A stretch of DNA of 63,934 bases, filler included, from Rhizaria sp. SCN 62-66 (Eukaryota), in NCBI GenBank assembly GCA_001724265.1. It is 3 parts of 3 records of this genome, joined end to end, with 100 filler letters (N's around TTAATTAATTAA, not from the genome) between each part and the next. Parts side by side here need not be neighbours in the genome. Positions count along the whole stretch, not along the records: positions 24,305 to 52,571 come from MEDY01000476.1; 2 more parts are not named here. One strand, given 5' to 3'. This document shows positions 38,319-51,092 of this stretch, piece by piece. Made by a program: the position numbers and the translations under genes. Position 1 is the stretch's first letter. Each line of letters starts with the position of its first letter. The notes beneath the pieces were generated by a model that had not been told where the DNA came from, ran no database searches, and worked only from the letters and a program-made list of their open reading frames with translations.

Positions 38319-39812
38319 ATGTCTACTGAGGCTTTCCACTATCCCTTCCTTGGCGAGAACACTTGCCCCTTCAAGGCTGAGCTCATTGCCACCGCTGTAC
38401 GTATACTTTTCAATTCGATGATGGTGCCCATCGATCGCTTGAACCATCGTCTCGTCATGCTTTCCCGGCGCGATTTCGCTGCACCTCCGATGCATTTCTG
38501 ACACGTCCTTTCAATAATGTATGGTAATCATTTGTAAATGTATGAGTATGAATCCATTTCTTGTCGGATCTCACTTTTAAACGTGAAACCTTGCTTCCCC
38601 GTGACCCACGTTTAGGCCAAGATCTGCCAGCCCGGCAAGGGTATCCTCGCCGCTGACGAGTCCACCGGCACCATCGGCTCCCGCTTCCAGAGCATCGGCC
38701 TCGAGAACAACCAGGCCAACCGCCGCGCGTACCGCAAGCTCCTCTTCACCACCCCCAGTACGTCTTTTTCCTCACATCCGGATTTTCCTCAATTTTGTCC
38801 TCGTCGTCGTCCTCGCTCCATCCCAGCGTCCAACTATTCCACAAACGTATCAGATCTCGCACACCTTCATACGCATCACTCTCACACTTTATTTCGCCAT
38901 CTACGTAACATTCCTGCTCCATGTTTAGACCTCAGCAAGTCGATCTCCGGCGTGATCCTGTTCGAGGAGACGCTCTTCGACAAGGACGGCGACAAGCCCC
39001 TGGTCCAGCCCCTCGTCGACGCTGGCATCGTGCTCGGCATCAAGACCGACCTCGGCACCAAGCCCATCCCGTTCTGCAACAACGAGACCTACACCCAGGG
39101 TCTCACCGACCTCGACGCGCGCTGCCAGAAGTACTACAAGGCCGGCGCCCGCTTCGCCAAGTGGCGCGCCGTGCTGCGCATCTCGCGCGGCACCCCGTCC
39201 CAGTGCGCGATCGACGAGAACGCGACGACGCTGGCCAAGTACGCCGCCATCTCCCAGGCCAACGGGCTCGTCCCGATCGTGGAGCCGGAGATCCTGATGG
39301 ACGGCGACCACTCGATCGAGATCTGCCAGTACTGGACCGAGAAGGTCATCTCGGCCTGCTACAAGGCCCTCTCGGACAACCACGTCATCCTCGAGGGCAC
39401 GCTGCTCAAGCCCAACATGGTCGCCCCCGGCGCCGCGCACGCCAAGCGCGCCACCCCCGAGGAAGTCGCCAAGGCCACCGTCACCGCGCTCCAGCGCTCC
39501 GTGCCGCCCGCGATGCCCGGGGTGTGCTTCCTCTCGGGCGGCCAGTCCGAGGAGGAGGCCACGGTGCACCTCAACGCGCTCAACACATACGAGGGCAAGA
39601 AGCCGTGGCACCTGACCTTCTCGTACGGCCGCGCGCTGCAGAAGTCTTGCATCTCGGTCTGGGGCGGCAAGGCCGAGAACGTGGCCGCGGCGCAGAAGAC
39701 GCTCCTCACCCGCGCCAACGCCAACGGCGCCGCGAACCTCGGCCAGTACAAGGGCGAGGCCGCGTCCAAGGAGGCCGCGCAGTCCCTCTACGTCTCCAAC
39801 TACAAGTACTAA
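38319..39812 (+). CDS. FBA: Class I fructose-bisphosphate aldolase
   Basis: Exons 38319-38396, 38616-38757, 38929-39812. [54 protein letters not shown]-terminal Y. Stop TAA. Confidence 0.97.
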
Positions 39813-40481
39813 GCACGGAGCGACACTTTGCTGTGCGCCGCGCAAAATCAACGGCAGCAGAAGCGACAACGCACGCGCTGCTGATGCTGTAATGTAACTT
39901 GAGAGCTTTTTTGTTTGTTTGAGATAAGCTTTGAGCTGAGAGAAGGAGAAAAGGATTGAACGACTGCAGTTGCTGTTGTTGCGCTGCGAAAGCGCGAACG
40001 CAGACTGCGTCGTGGTATTGGCTTTTTAAACCAAGTCTGCGCCATATGAGATGAGATGGCGAGATCGATTGGCGGACCGCGGAAATGCGGCCGCTTTTTA
40101 TAGAGTGAAATTGCTCCGGGTGTGTGGTGAATATCACAGAACCGCAGTTGCGTTTCCTTTCTGCAATAATACAATACGTGTCATTGTCACCTTTAGTCTT
40201 TGTTTTCACTTATTGTGTGAGAGAGTATCATCATGCGTTGTATTGTGATTGATGTGAATTGTAAAATTGCATTGACTTGAAAGCGTGGGGGGGATAAATG
40301 CATCAAAAGCTGCGACACTTAAAAACTGTGATCAAAAGCGTTTAAAAAAAAGGAACAAACCAGACAAACTTGTTTTTAAAAGAAGACCTCAAACAAAACC
40401 GAGCACACTGTTTGTTTCCGCTTCACTTCACTTCACTTCACACTGTGTATCATGCATCTGGCGATGCCTTTCCCTCTGGCC

Positions 40482-43400
40482 TTACTTGAGGTCGCTGCAA
40501 ATGGCCACGGGCGTGAAGTGTGCCCTGTCCCTGCCCCTGGCGGCGTCGAAGATCTCCAGATCGGGAGCGTGGAACCGGTACAGCATGCGGAGCGCCATGA
40601 GCCCCTCAGCGTTGAGGCTGTAGTGGGCGACGCGGACGGCCGTGAGCGACTCCGAGAGCTCGGCCAAGTGCGTGACAGCGGCTGCGCCCTCGACGCCCAC
40701 GGGGCAGTCGCCCAGGTCGAGCGTGCGGAGCGCGGGGGACCAGGCCAGGGCGCGGGCCAGCGCCACCGCGCCCGCAGCGCCGAGCCCCGCGCAGCCCCGC
40801 AGCGAGAGGTGCGCCAGCCCAGTCGCCGGGAAGCGGACGGTGGGGACACCGGCCGCGGCGGCGGGGGCCGCGGCGGGGGGCGCGGGCGGCGGCGGGGGCG
40901 GCGGCGGCGCCGGATGGCCGCCAAGAGCGCCGCCGGCGCCAGCGCCGAGGGGCACGGCGACCGAGGCGCGCGACGCGAGCAGCGACGGCGGCAGCCCGTG
41001 CTGCGCCCAGCGCGCGATGGCCGTCGCGCCGGCGTCGCCCACGGCCGTGGCGTCGAGAGCGAGCGAGCGCATGCTGTCGCCGGCGGCGGCCGACGCGCCC
41101 AGCAGCGCGGCCAGCGCGGCGGCGCCGGTGTCGCCGAAGCCGCCGTTGCCGCTCAGCAGCACCGTGCGCAGTGCGGAGTAGACGAAGCCAGCGCCACCGC
41201 CGTTGTTGTTGCTGTTTGCGGCGACAGCGCGCTCGAGGGCGGCGACAAAGGTGTCGGTGACACCCGCGCGCGAGAAGTCGAGCGTGGCGACGCGGCGCTG
41301 CGCGGGGTTCGCCAGAAGCGCGGCGAGCAGCGCGGGCAGCTCGGGCACGGCGGGCAGCCACGCGGCGTCGGCGAAGCTGATCTCCTGCAGCGCGGGCAGC
41401 GGGTGAGCGGCGAGCGCGCGCAAGAGGCAGTCGGCGGCGACCGAGTCGAGCGGGACACGACCCGCGCGCAGCGCCGCCACGGGCAGCGCGTCGCGGTCGC
41501 CGATGAGCGTGGCGAGCGTGGACGCGGCGTCAGGCGCGAGCGCGGGCCCGTCGAGGTCCAGCGCGTGGCACTGCACCGCGGGCCACGCGGCGCGGCCGAG
41601 CGCGGCGACGGCCTCGGACGACGGCGCGGCGCCGGCCGCGGCGGCCAGCAGCGCGGCGTTGTCGCCCACGGCGCAGGCGGACGCGATGTGCAGCAGCTCG
41701 GCGCCCGGAACCGGCACGAGCGACGCGGCGTGCACTGGCGCGAGCTGGGCCGCGAGCGCGGGCGGGAGGTGCGCCGCGGTGACGGCCATCGCGGCCGGTG
41801 CGAAAAGCTGGACGTCGAACGCTCGCACGACGCGCGCGTCCATGGGCACGTTCTGCATGCGGCAGCGGCGCATGTACTCGGCGTTGGCCACGCGCGCGCG
41901 CAGCGCAGAGAGCCAGCCGCGGTGCGCCAGCACGGGCTCCGGCGGCGGCGCCAGCGCGCCGGGGCCACTATTGCCTCCAGCAGCAGCGGCGCCGGCGCCG
42001 GCGGCAGCGGAGAGCGAGCCGTAGCTGTTGCCGTGCTGCGGGGCGCGGACGGGTGCGCCCACGGCAGCGGCGGCGGCGGCGGCGTGCTCGGCGCGGAGCC
42101 AGATCTTGGCGCCCTTGTCGACGGTGAGCACGATGTGCGCGCCCGCGGGCGAAGAAGGGTCGTCGAGCGCGGTGACGAGCGCGCCCTTGAGCTGGACCGA
42201 GCCCTTGGGCTTCGAGTCGCCGCAGCGCGCAAAGAGGTCAAGCCGGTCGCGGTGCAGCACGGCCCAGCGCAGCCCCCAGCCCTTGGCCATGAGGTCGGAC
42301 GAGTAGCCGACGGGGCCGGCGATGAAGACGTCTGCTTCGGCGCGCGCACGCGGCATCGGCGCGGTGAACGCGGACCCGTGCGCGGGCGCAGCAGCAGCAG
42401 CGCCGCCATGGGAGGGTGAGCTTGGTCCGCCCGCCGAAGAGGAGGCGGCTGCGGCGGCGGCGACGGCGGCGGCGACGGCGGCGGCGGAGTTGGTGGACGC
42501 GTCGATGGCTGCGAACAGCGACTCGAACCGCGCGAGCGGCCGCGCCCGGGCGGCGTTGGCGGCGGCGTTGGCGGCGGAGGGCCCTGTGGCGGCGGCGGGC
42601 CCGCGGCCGGCGGCGGCGGTGGCGGCGGCGGCGAGCTCGGCGCGGCGGCGAGCTCGGCGGCGGCGACAGCCTGCGCGCGGTCCGCGAGCGCGCGCAGCAG
42701 CTCGGCGCTGCGCACGGGCGCCACTGCGGTGCCGCCCAGCCCCGGGGTCACGATCGGGCCCGCCGTCGACGCCGACGCGTGCGCAGTCACGGGCGCGGGC
42801 GCACTGGAGGCGGCAGGGGCCGGAGCGGCGGCGGCGGCGGCGGTGATGGGGGGCGGCATGCGCGGGGGCTGGAAGATGCTGCCGGAGCGGTCCTTGTTTG
42901 CAGCGGCGGCGCTGGCGTCAGGCGCAGCAGGTGCAGCAGGCGCAGCAGGCGCGGGGGACGCGGCAGGTGCAGGGGGGGAGGCGTGGCGGGCAGCGGCCTC
43001 AGCCTCAGCCTTAGCCTTGGCCTCTGCCTCGGCGGCGGCCTCAGCGGCGGCCTCAGCGGCGGCGGCGTCAGCGTCAGCCTTCTCCTTGGCAGCAGCGGCC
43101 TCGGCGGCGGCCTCAGCCTCGGCAGCAGCGGCGGCCTCGGCGTCAGCCTTGGCCTTGGCGGCGTCGGCCTCAGCCTTGGCAGCAGCAGCGGCGGCCTCGG
43201 CAGCGGCGGCGGCAGGAGCGGCCGCAGCAGCCTTCTCCTTCTCTTCCTCCGCCGCAGCCACCGCAGCAGCAGCAGCAGCGGCAGCAGCGGCGTCATCCTC
43301 AGCAGGCGGCGCGGCGGGCGCGGCGGGGGCCGCAGGCGCGGGGGGAGCCGCAGGCGCGGGGGGAGCCGCGGGGGCAGCGGGAGCCGCAGGCGCGGCGGGC

Positions 43401-44348
43401 GCTGCAGGGGCAGCAGGGGCGGCGGGAGCGGCAGGGGCCGCGGGGGCAGCAGGGGCAGGGACTGCGAGGTCGACGTCCTGCGTGAACGTGGCCTTGGGCA
43501 TGGCGTGCGCGCGCTGGCCGCTGCCGGGGGCGCGCTTCATGACGACGCCGCGCGAGAAGTGCTGCATTTGCCCCGCAGCAGGGTCCGCAGCGTGCGGCGG
43601 ATGCTCGGCGCCGCTGTGACTCGCGGACATCGATGATGACGACGATGATGATGCGGGCGCGGGCGGCGCGGGCGGCGCGGCGGGCGCGGGCGGGGCGGCG
43701 GGCGCGGGAGGAGCTGCAGGGGCGGCGGGCGCGGCGGGCGCAGGCGGCGCGGCGGGGGCGGCGGGAGCGGGGTGATGGCCGGCGGGCAGAGACGGAGGCG
43801 CGGCGGGAGCAGCGGGCGCGGCCGGGGCCGGGGGCGCAGCCGCGGCCGGAGGCGCGGCCGGGGCAGCTCCCGGGAGCGGGGGCGGGGCGGCGCCGGTGTG
43901 AGCGTGTTCAGCGGGCGCGGCGCCACCGGCGGCTGCGGCCTCTGCGGCGGCCTTCTCAGCGGCTTCCTTCTCGAGCTGCTTCTTGCGCCACGGGGGCACG
44001 TCGCCCGGGCGCAGCATGCCGGGCTGCAGAGAGCGTCGGGGAGCAGCAAAGAGCGAACGAGAGGGCGATGAGAGTGAGGTCAGGAGAAGGTTTCGTTTCA
44101 GGTGAGGGCAGGTTTCATCGGATGTACGTGTGAGAGATGCGTGTAATGCGATGCTGTCACGGGGAACATAACGAATACAAGTCAGGTCATACGCCCACAC
44201 TCGTTATAAGTCGTAACAACTCGTTTAGAGGGCATGGGGGAGAAAAACGTACCATCCCAATGGCTCCTGCACTGAGCAAAGATGCACTTAGCTTGGCGAT
44301 CTTGCCCGCTTGGGCATCCGCTTGATGTGAGTCAGCCGCGTCAGACAT
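40482..44348 (-). CDS. Pro/Ala-rich N-terminus + PH domain + RNI-type LRR protein; one intron and an apparent 1-nt frameshift
   Basis: Exon 1 44253-44348, intron 44024-44252. PH-like KGWGLRWAVLHRDRLDLF...KPKGSVQL. LRRs TVLLSGNGGFGDTG, HLSLRGCAGLG, TLDLGDCPVGVEG. Frame changes near 42642. Stop TAA. Confidence 0.75.
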
Positions 44349-44878
44349 TCACCAATACGTATTCACACGTGATTATATCTCACGCAGACGACGATAACTC
44401 GGTATATTCCGCGTTTTTTGGGCAGCTTAGAGGCCACGAGGTGTCGGAGCCTTCAGAAGGCCGAAAAAAGTAAGTCATTTTCGATCCAACCACAAACGCT
44501 TTTTTTGATTATTTTTCTCGAAACTCCATTTTGGTTTGTGGTGGAAGTGGTGGTGTTGGGTGGACTAACGGGATGAGCAATTGAGCAATAACATTGGGCT
44601 ATTAATAATATGGGACAACGAGTCCGAGCGTATTATGCTTAGTTGTGTATTTTCCCATTTATATATTTTTGTCAGCTTGCGTCTGTGCAATGTATCTCCC
44701 TAGATATGAAATTGCACGTGCCCTCGTTCAAATGGCTCTTTCCCGATCCAGATATCGCACACAAGACGCCCATGAATATTCGCTTCTTATCTTTGCTTTA
44801 ACTTCCAACCCTCACTCTCACGTTTCTCTTGTGTTTGTTTCCCGCCTTTTTAGCTTTGCACTCTTCTTTCACCACAAG

Positions 44879-45151
44879 ATGTCTTCCCTGAAGCCCAACC
44901 ACACGACCAAGTCGCACAAGTCCCTTGAGGCGGACCGCTACTCGCACTCGTACGCCGGCCTGCACGATAACTCCAAGGACGGCATGAAGCGCGGCGGCGG
45001 TGGTGCCTACAACTGGGGCTCCACCGCGGACGAGATCCGTGACGCCGTGGACGAGTACCAGGCCGAGTCGCGCTCGCGCTCCAACTCGAACAATTCAAAG
45101 AACGGGGTCCACGCTCCTGCCAGCAAGGCCGTCGCGACCAACGCGCACTAA
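44879..45151 (+). CDS. Small STF2/TMA10- or HABP4/PAI-RBP1-like protein
   Basis: 90 aa with DRYSHS...MKRGGGGAYNWGSTADE, matching the KxGxGxxNWG motif. Codon bias like neighbouring housekeeping genes. Stop TAA. Confidence 0.72.
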   Translation: MSSLKPNHTTKSHKSLEADRYSHSYAGLHDNSKDGMKRGGGGAYNWGSTADEIRDAVDEYQAESRSRSNSNNSKNGVHAPASKAVATNAH

Positions 45152-46410
45152 GCCCTGCCGCCACGACGGCTACGAGCTTGCACATAGCCACAATCTTAGC
45201 CGCAAAGCCATAGCTGAGGCAAGGTTGGGCTATGTGAGTAGTTAAGCAAACTCAACAAATCCACAAACAATATTGATAACCCTCACCTGTGCTCCTTCCT
45301 CTTCCTCGATGTATAGTCAACAAATGCAATAATAACACAACACGTTACAAAGGAGCAACGATCTTTTCCATTTCTAAAGTATTAATACAATTGATCCATT
45401 CATATCAACCACAATTATATATATAATTTTTTTACTGACCACAATTCAATGCTTGATTCTACTGGACGTGTTTTGAACTGTATTCAAGTATATTGACCAT
45501 ATATGCTCCAAAACTGTATGAATTTTCACTATATTGGTTGATTTTCTTAAAATAAATAATTTATTCACGCACACGCATTGGTTGAGATGTATTTATTATC
45601 AGTTTGTAAACTTTCTTCAGCAGTGCCGTTGACCGAAGGTTTAGTATTAATAAGCATCAGCAGAGCGAGTCGTCGTCTGAACATAACAGGGCTGTTTTTA
45701 CGGCGTAAACAACGATTGTTTACATCCACTCCGAACGTTTTTCCGTCAACGAAATTTTATTGTGACCTTGTTCGATGTATTGAAGTGAAAACACACCGCC
45801 ATTGAAAAGCTAGTAATGGATGACATTAATGTTGTAATTTCGTCGTGACCACAATATATAACACAGCAGTATTAGGTTTACGCATGAAACCAACCATATA
45901 ATTTCTGATATGTCCTCTATAAACGATGAATTCTTCGCGTGAACTTCATGAAATCATGACAAAATGGATCTTGAAAACTTAAGTATATAAAGCACATCAA
46001 AATAATAAATATTAATCAAGATAGAAATGTTAAAAAACAACAACATATCAAAGAATCAGCTTAGTTAATTCATGTTCCACGGAGATATCAACTTGATTAT
46101 GCGATTTTCTAATCCTCGGAAAAGTTTAGCCGCTGCTTTTGACCGAGCTGCCGCCACGCTGGCCGTTTGGTTTTGGCCTAAGTTGTGAGAGTTTTGAACG
46201 CTCCAAAAAATTGGGACAACTGAACGAAGTGGATCGTCTATTGATGCAAAATTTTACAGTTGTATAGTTTAAGAGATAATATATCAGTATTTTGATGTTC
46301 GCCTGAACAGAATGCTGTTCAGATCTTACAGAATGCTAATTTTTGTTGTCTCTCGCCAAAGCTCACTTGTCGTTGCTCTTGCGTCGCCCCGATTACTTTA
46401 TAGGCACTCG

Positions 46411-47759
46411 ATGCGTTGTTTCATCCTGACGGCGCTTGCCGTCTTCTTTGCAGCGTTTTTTGCTGGCTCTGCCGAGGCAGGGTTCAAGTCTGATGCCACG
46501 TTCAGCCTGTACAACACCACGATTGGTGCACAGAACGTTCTCATCACCATCACGCTCTACCCCGACGAAGCCCTCACTGTCCCCACTGGCTCCTCCGTGT
46601 CCTTCACGCTCCCGCACTTCTTCCGCGAGCCCAACGTCCTTGACCCCGACGCCGAGGATGCGCTCCCGCGCGCCTGCAACGCGTCCTCGCTGGGTCTGAA
46701 CCCCGCGCTGGCGAAGCTCACGGGCACCACGGCCCGTGTCGACGCCGCGGCAGAGGACGGTGACCGCACGACGACCTTCACGGTCGACTCTGGCAGCGTC
46801 AGCTTCTCCGCCGCGAACGTGACCGCGGGCGCCGTGCTGCGCGTGTTCTGCGTGGTCAACCTGCCCGAGACGGAGATCAATGGCAACACGACCACGATCG
46901 TCACCAAGTACGGCCCTGGCGCTGCTTTGTCCTCCACCTCAACCGCCAACTTGCCTTTCATCTCGGACGCTCTCGCGCCCGTCGTGCGCGTCATGCACAC
47001 CTTTAGCGTCGCTTCCACCGGCCCCGCCACGGCGGCGGCGCGCGCGCTCGCGTCCGCGGCCTATCTGCAGTACACCACTGCGCAGACCGCCGTGATCTTC
47101 CACCAGGTACGACAGGTCTCTTCTATTTGATTAAACACGAGACGAGGCGATCATAGCCGATCCCTAATGAGGGCCAATATTATATTCAGTCGCATTGCGG
47201 CGTTATCTTTGCATATGACATGTTTTTATGATCTAACGCTCACATCACTGTGCATATACCATGCTTTCTTGCAATTGTACTCCCTTTGATCGTTCTGTAG
47301 CTCCCGGAGCCGATGAACTCTCCCGTGACGACCTCCGTGACCCTCTCCTTCCAGCTCGCTCCCGCGCCGTTTGTCACCGCGGCCTCTGTCGCGGCCTCGA
47401 TCAACAACGTCGCCAACAACACGATCAAGAACAACATGGCCCTGTTCAAGGAACGGCTCCAGACCATCTTTGCTGTCGCCGAGCTCATCGAGTTCGGCAC
47501 CGCGACCGAGGACTTCCAGCCCGGCACGTGCTTTGACAAGTACACCAACGCGGGCGAGACCGACCTCAACTGCGGCGGCGGCAACTGCCGCGCGTGCCCG
47601 CGCCGCGGCATGACATGCAACGAGAACTCGGACTGTGCGTCCTACACCTGCATCGACGGCATGTGCTTCGGCGTCAACGCCGCGGCGCTGTCGGCGTCCG
47701 CCACGCTCGCGGTGGTGCTTGCCGTCGCCGTCGCCGCCATGCTCGGCCTCGCGCTCTAA
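46411..47759 (+). CDS. Secreted, probably GPI-anchored surface protein with C-terminal Cys-rich module
   Basis: Signal peptide MRCFILTALAVFFAAFFAGSAEA. Intron 47107-47300. CFDKYTNAGETDLNCGGGNCRAC...CIDGMC. Hydrophobic C-terminal tail. Stop TAA. Confidence 0.82.
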
Positions 47760-48982
47760 GTCAAGCCGCGTTCGCGCGGTATCTTAAGCCGCAGGTCGCT
47801 TGCGCCGCCAGTGCTGCACTCTCAAACACAACTCTGTTGTGTGCGTATGTTGGGTCAAAACTACTTGGCTTTCACTGTCATTGTCACAATACTTGACATA
47901 ATCACGGCTGCTGTCAATCAAGCAACGACAAGCAAGAACAAAGAGACAGAAGTAAACTCAAGGCGTCGAGTATTGCGCTCTTGCATTCTTTTGTCTCGTT
48001 TTGTTTCAACTTGTTCTCTTTTCTCCAAAGTTTTATAGTTCTATATCTTTCTTTCTTTGTTTCGTATTTTCTTTTGTTCTGTCTTCTCTTTTGTTTTATT
48101 CATATCCAGTATTGCGTGCAGAGCGACATTGAAGTCTTGCTTGTTTTTGTGTACTGTCTGTCGCAAGCCTTCAGTAATTCGTTTCCGGATGCTTTATCTC
48201 GAACGTTTTATTCTAAATCTCACTCTCGTATTTGCGCGCTTTGATGCGTAGCAGTGCGACGTCGTGAATCATTTCAGTTCAATTCGTCTTGTCTTTCCGA
48301 ATACCTCCACTTCACACATGCGCGTTCTTTCAGTCATTCAAGAGCTGAGACTCGAAACTCAGTTTCTGCCTGCTTGTGTGCTGTATGATGCGGAGGTAAT
48401 CGACCAGGCGACACTCTCTACGCCCTCGCTCGTGCGCACTCTCATCTCGTCTCTATCTCTGATGGCAGCATTACAGCTGCCGTGGATAGAGCCCGAGTGC
48501 AAGTGTCAGTTCAAGGGTGCATCTTTGTGTCTCCACCCCTCGCTTATAGTAGCAATCCCTAGTCTCGTCCCACTTCAATCAATCGTATTACGTACCATAA
48601 TTACACATAATTATACATAATTTTTCGAATCACATTTCACAGTTTCTGGAATCTATCACAAAGCTTGAGTTAAAAATAGTACGTACGACTAGTAGCACGA
48701 AGAATCAGCATAGCCTGCCTTCCACGATGAGACAATATGAAAAGTGTGAGGAATAGTAAGCTTTACGCTTTATTAATTAATTGATATTGATTCCGAGGAC
48801 GCGTACATCCATTACAATGCACGCAAGAGCAAAGCAAGCAACATTCACCTCTCAACACTACACACGCACAACACACACGACGACAGACACCCAAATGATC
48901 GCACAGCATCGTAACATATTAGTATACGCTTACGAGCTGAATAAACACAATTGCACACCGTTTAGACCTCCGTCAACTTCGC

Positions 48983-51092
48983 TTAAATCGTCGCCGCGAT
49001 CGGATTCGCACTCGGGGCAGCACTCGCGGCGGCGGCGGCGAAGACCTTGTTGGCAACCGCGGTGGCGGCGGCGAGCTTGGCCTCAGCGGCGGCGAGCGCC
49101 TTGCGCGCCTCGGCGACCTCGCAGAACTTGGCGGCGGCGGGCAGCGCGGCGTCGGGGTAGCTGCCGGCGGCGATGTCGTCGCGCGGGTTGACGTGCGGCG
49201 CGACGGCGGGGCGTGCGTACCGCTCCGGGTCGATGGGCGCGACGACGGCGGCGGCCGCGGCGGGCGCGCCGGTGGCGACGGCGGCGCGGCGGGCCTCGGA
49301 GGGCAGTGCCAGCGGGTGCTGCGTGGAGATGCCGAGCCGCGTCCACACGTCGAGCAGCGCGGCGACGAGGCGCTCCATCATGGCGTCATCGTGCAGCGGC
49401 GAGGGCGTCAGGCGCAGGCGCTCGGTGCCGCGCGGGACCGTGGGGTAGTTGATGGGCTGCACGTAGATGCCATGGTCGGTCAGCAGCAGGTCCGTGGCGG
49501 CCTTGCACAGCGCGGCGTCGCCGATCATCAGCGGCACGATGTGGCTCTCCGAGGCGATGAGCGGGAGATCCACGGCGCAGAGACGGCGCTTGAGCTCTGC
49601 CGCGCGCGCCTGGTGTGCGTAGCGCTCTGCCGCGCCAGACTGCAGGTACGTCACGGAGGCCGCGGCGGCGGCGGCGACGGCGGGCGGGATCGACGACGTG
49701 AAGATGAACCCGGGCGCGAAGCTGCGGAGCGCGTCGATGACGTGGGCCGCGCCTGCAAGGTAGCCGCCGTAAACGCCGAAGGCCTTGGCGAGCGTGCCAG
49801 AGACGAGGTCGATGCGGTGCTCGAGCCCGCGCTGCTGCGCGACGCCGCCGCCCTTAGCGCCGTAGAGCCCCACGGCGTGGACTTCGTCGAGGAAGGTGAG
49901 CGCGCCGTGCTTGGCGGCGACGTCGCAGATCTGCTCGATGGGCGCAATGTCTCCGTCCATCGAGTAGACCGACTCGAACACGACGAGCTTCGGCGCCGCC
50001 GGGTCGTGCTGCGACATGAGCCAGTCGAGGTGCGCGTAGTCGTTGTGGCGGAAGACGAACCGCGGGGTGTTGGCGTGACGCACGCCCTCGATCAGCGAGG
50101 CGTGGTTGAGCGAATCCGAGTAAATGTGCAGGTTCGGGATGAGGCGGCCCAGCGTCGCAATCGACGTGTCGTTGGCGACGTAGCCCGAAGAGAAGACGAG
50201 CGCGGCGTCCTTGTTGTGCGTCGTCGCCAGCGCGCGCTCCAGCTGCGTGTGGTGGGGAGTGGTGCCAGAGATGTTGCGAGTGCCGCCCGCGCCCGCGCCG
50301 GACTTGCGGACCGTGTCGTGCATGGCGCCCGTGACGACGGGGTGCTGCCCCATGCCCAGGTAGTCGTTGTTGCACCACACCGTCACCGCAGCCGGCACCA
50401 CGGGCGCGGGGCACGCAGACAACGCACTCGCAGTCGCGCTCGCAGCAGAATCATCAGCAGAAGCAGCAGTGACGGGCGCAGAAGAAGAGGACGTGACGGG
50501 CGTGTGGTTGAGCGCGGCGGGGAACTGGCCGGCAGCACGCTCGATGTCGAAAAAGACGCGGTAGCGGCCCTCGTTGCGGAGCTTGGTCATGTTGTCGGCC
50601 AGCGCGGTCGACGCGCGCACCGCGGCCACGGGGGTCGTCGCAGAGACAGGGGTCAGCGTCGGCGCAGTCAGGACGGGGAAGGAAAGCGTGGCGGCGGGCT
50701 GGGGCGCGGCGACGGACGCGGACTTGGCAGCGGGGTCAAGAGCGGGGGCCGCGGCGATGGATGAGAAGCGCTGGCGCATAAACGCGGCGCCGGCGGGACA
50801 CGCGTTAAGCGAGTTCAGAGCGGAGCCTGTGGTAAAGCGAGAAGATGAGTGCAGAGAGAGAGATGGAACGAGAGAGAGTGTGAGCGGGAGTAAAATGGCG
50901 ACGGACATGGGGTGAGTCGTTGAGACGAGGGTTTCGGGTTGAAGGGCCAAAAGACGTACTAGACATGTTGCCGAGAAAAGGGCACGAGCCACCGGTGCGC
51001 GGGGAGAGCACGGAAAAGATGTCGTTGGACATTTTGGAGTGAGCGCGGCGCATGAAGGGGCACAGAGCCGAGACCTTTGACAGTGACGCCAT
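48983..51092 (-). CDS. ALAS: Mitochondrial 5-aminolevulinate synthase
   Basis: Exon 1 50960-51092, intron 50827-50959. [39 protein letters not shown] (PLP lysine), [18 protein letters not shown]. Stop TAA. Confidence 0.96.

Noticed and set aside
41153-42640. Pro/Arg/Ser-rich tail of ORF 41153-44200
   Set aside because: Wrong frame after the 1-nt slip; the PH/LRR frame is the meaningful one.
45152-46410. Long AT-rich gaps (also 47760-48982, 51100-52084) as RNA genes or mobile elements
   Set aside because: No tRNA/rRNA signature, terminal repeats or transposase-like ORF visible by eye.
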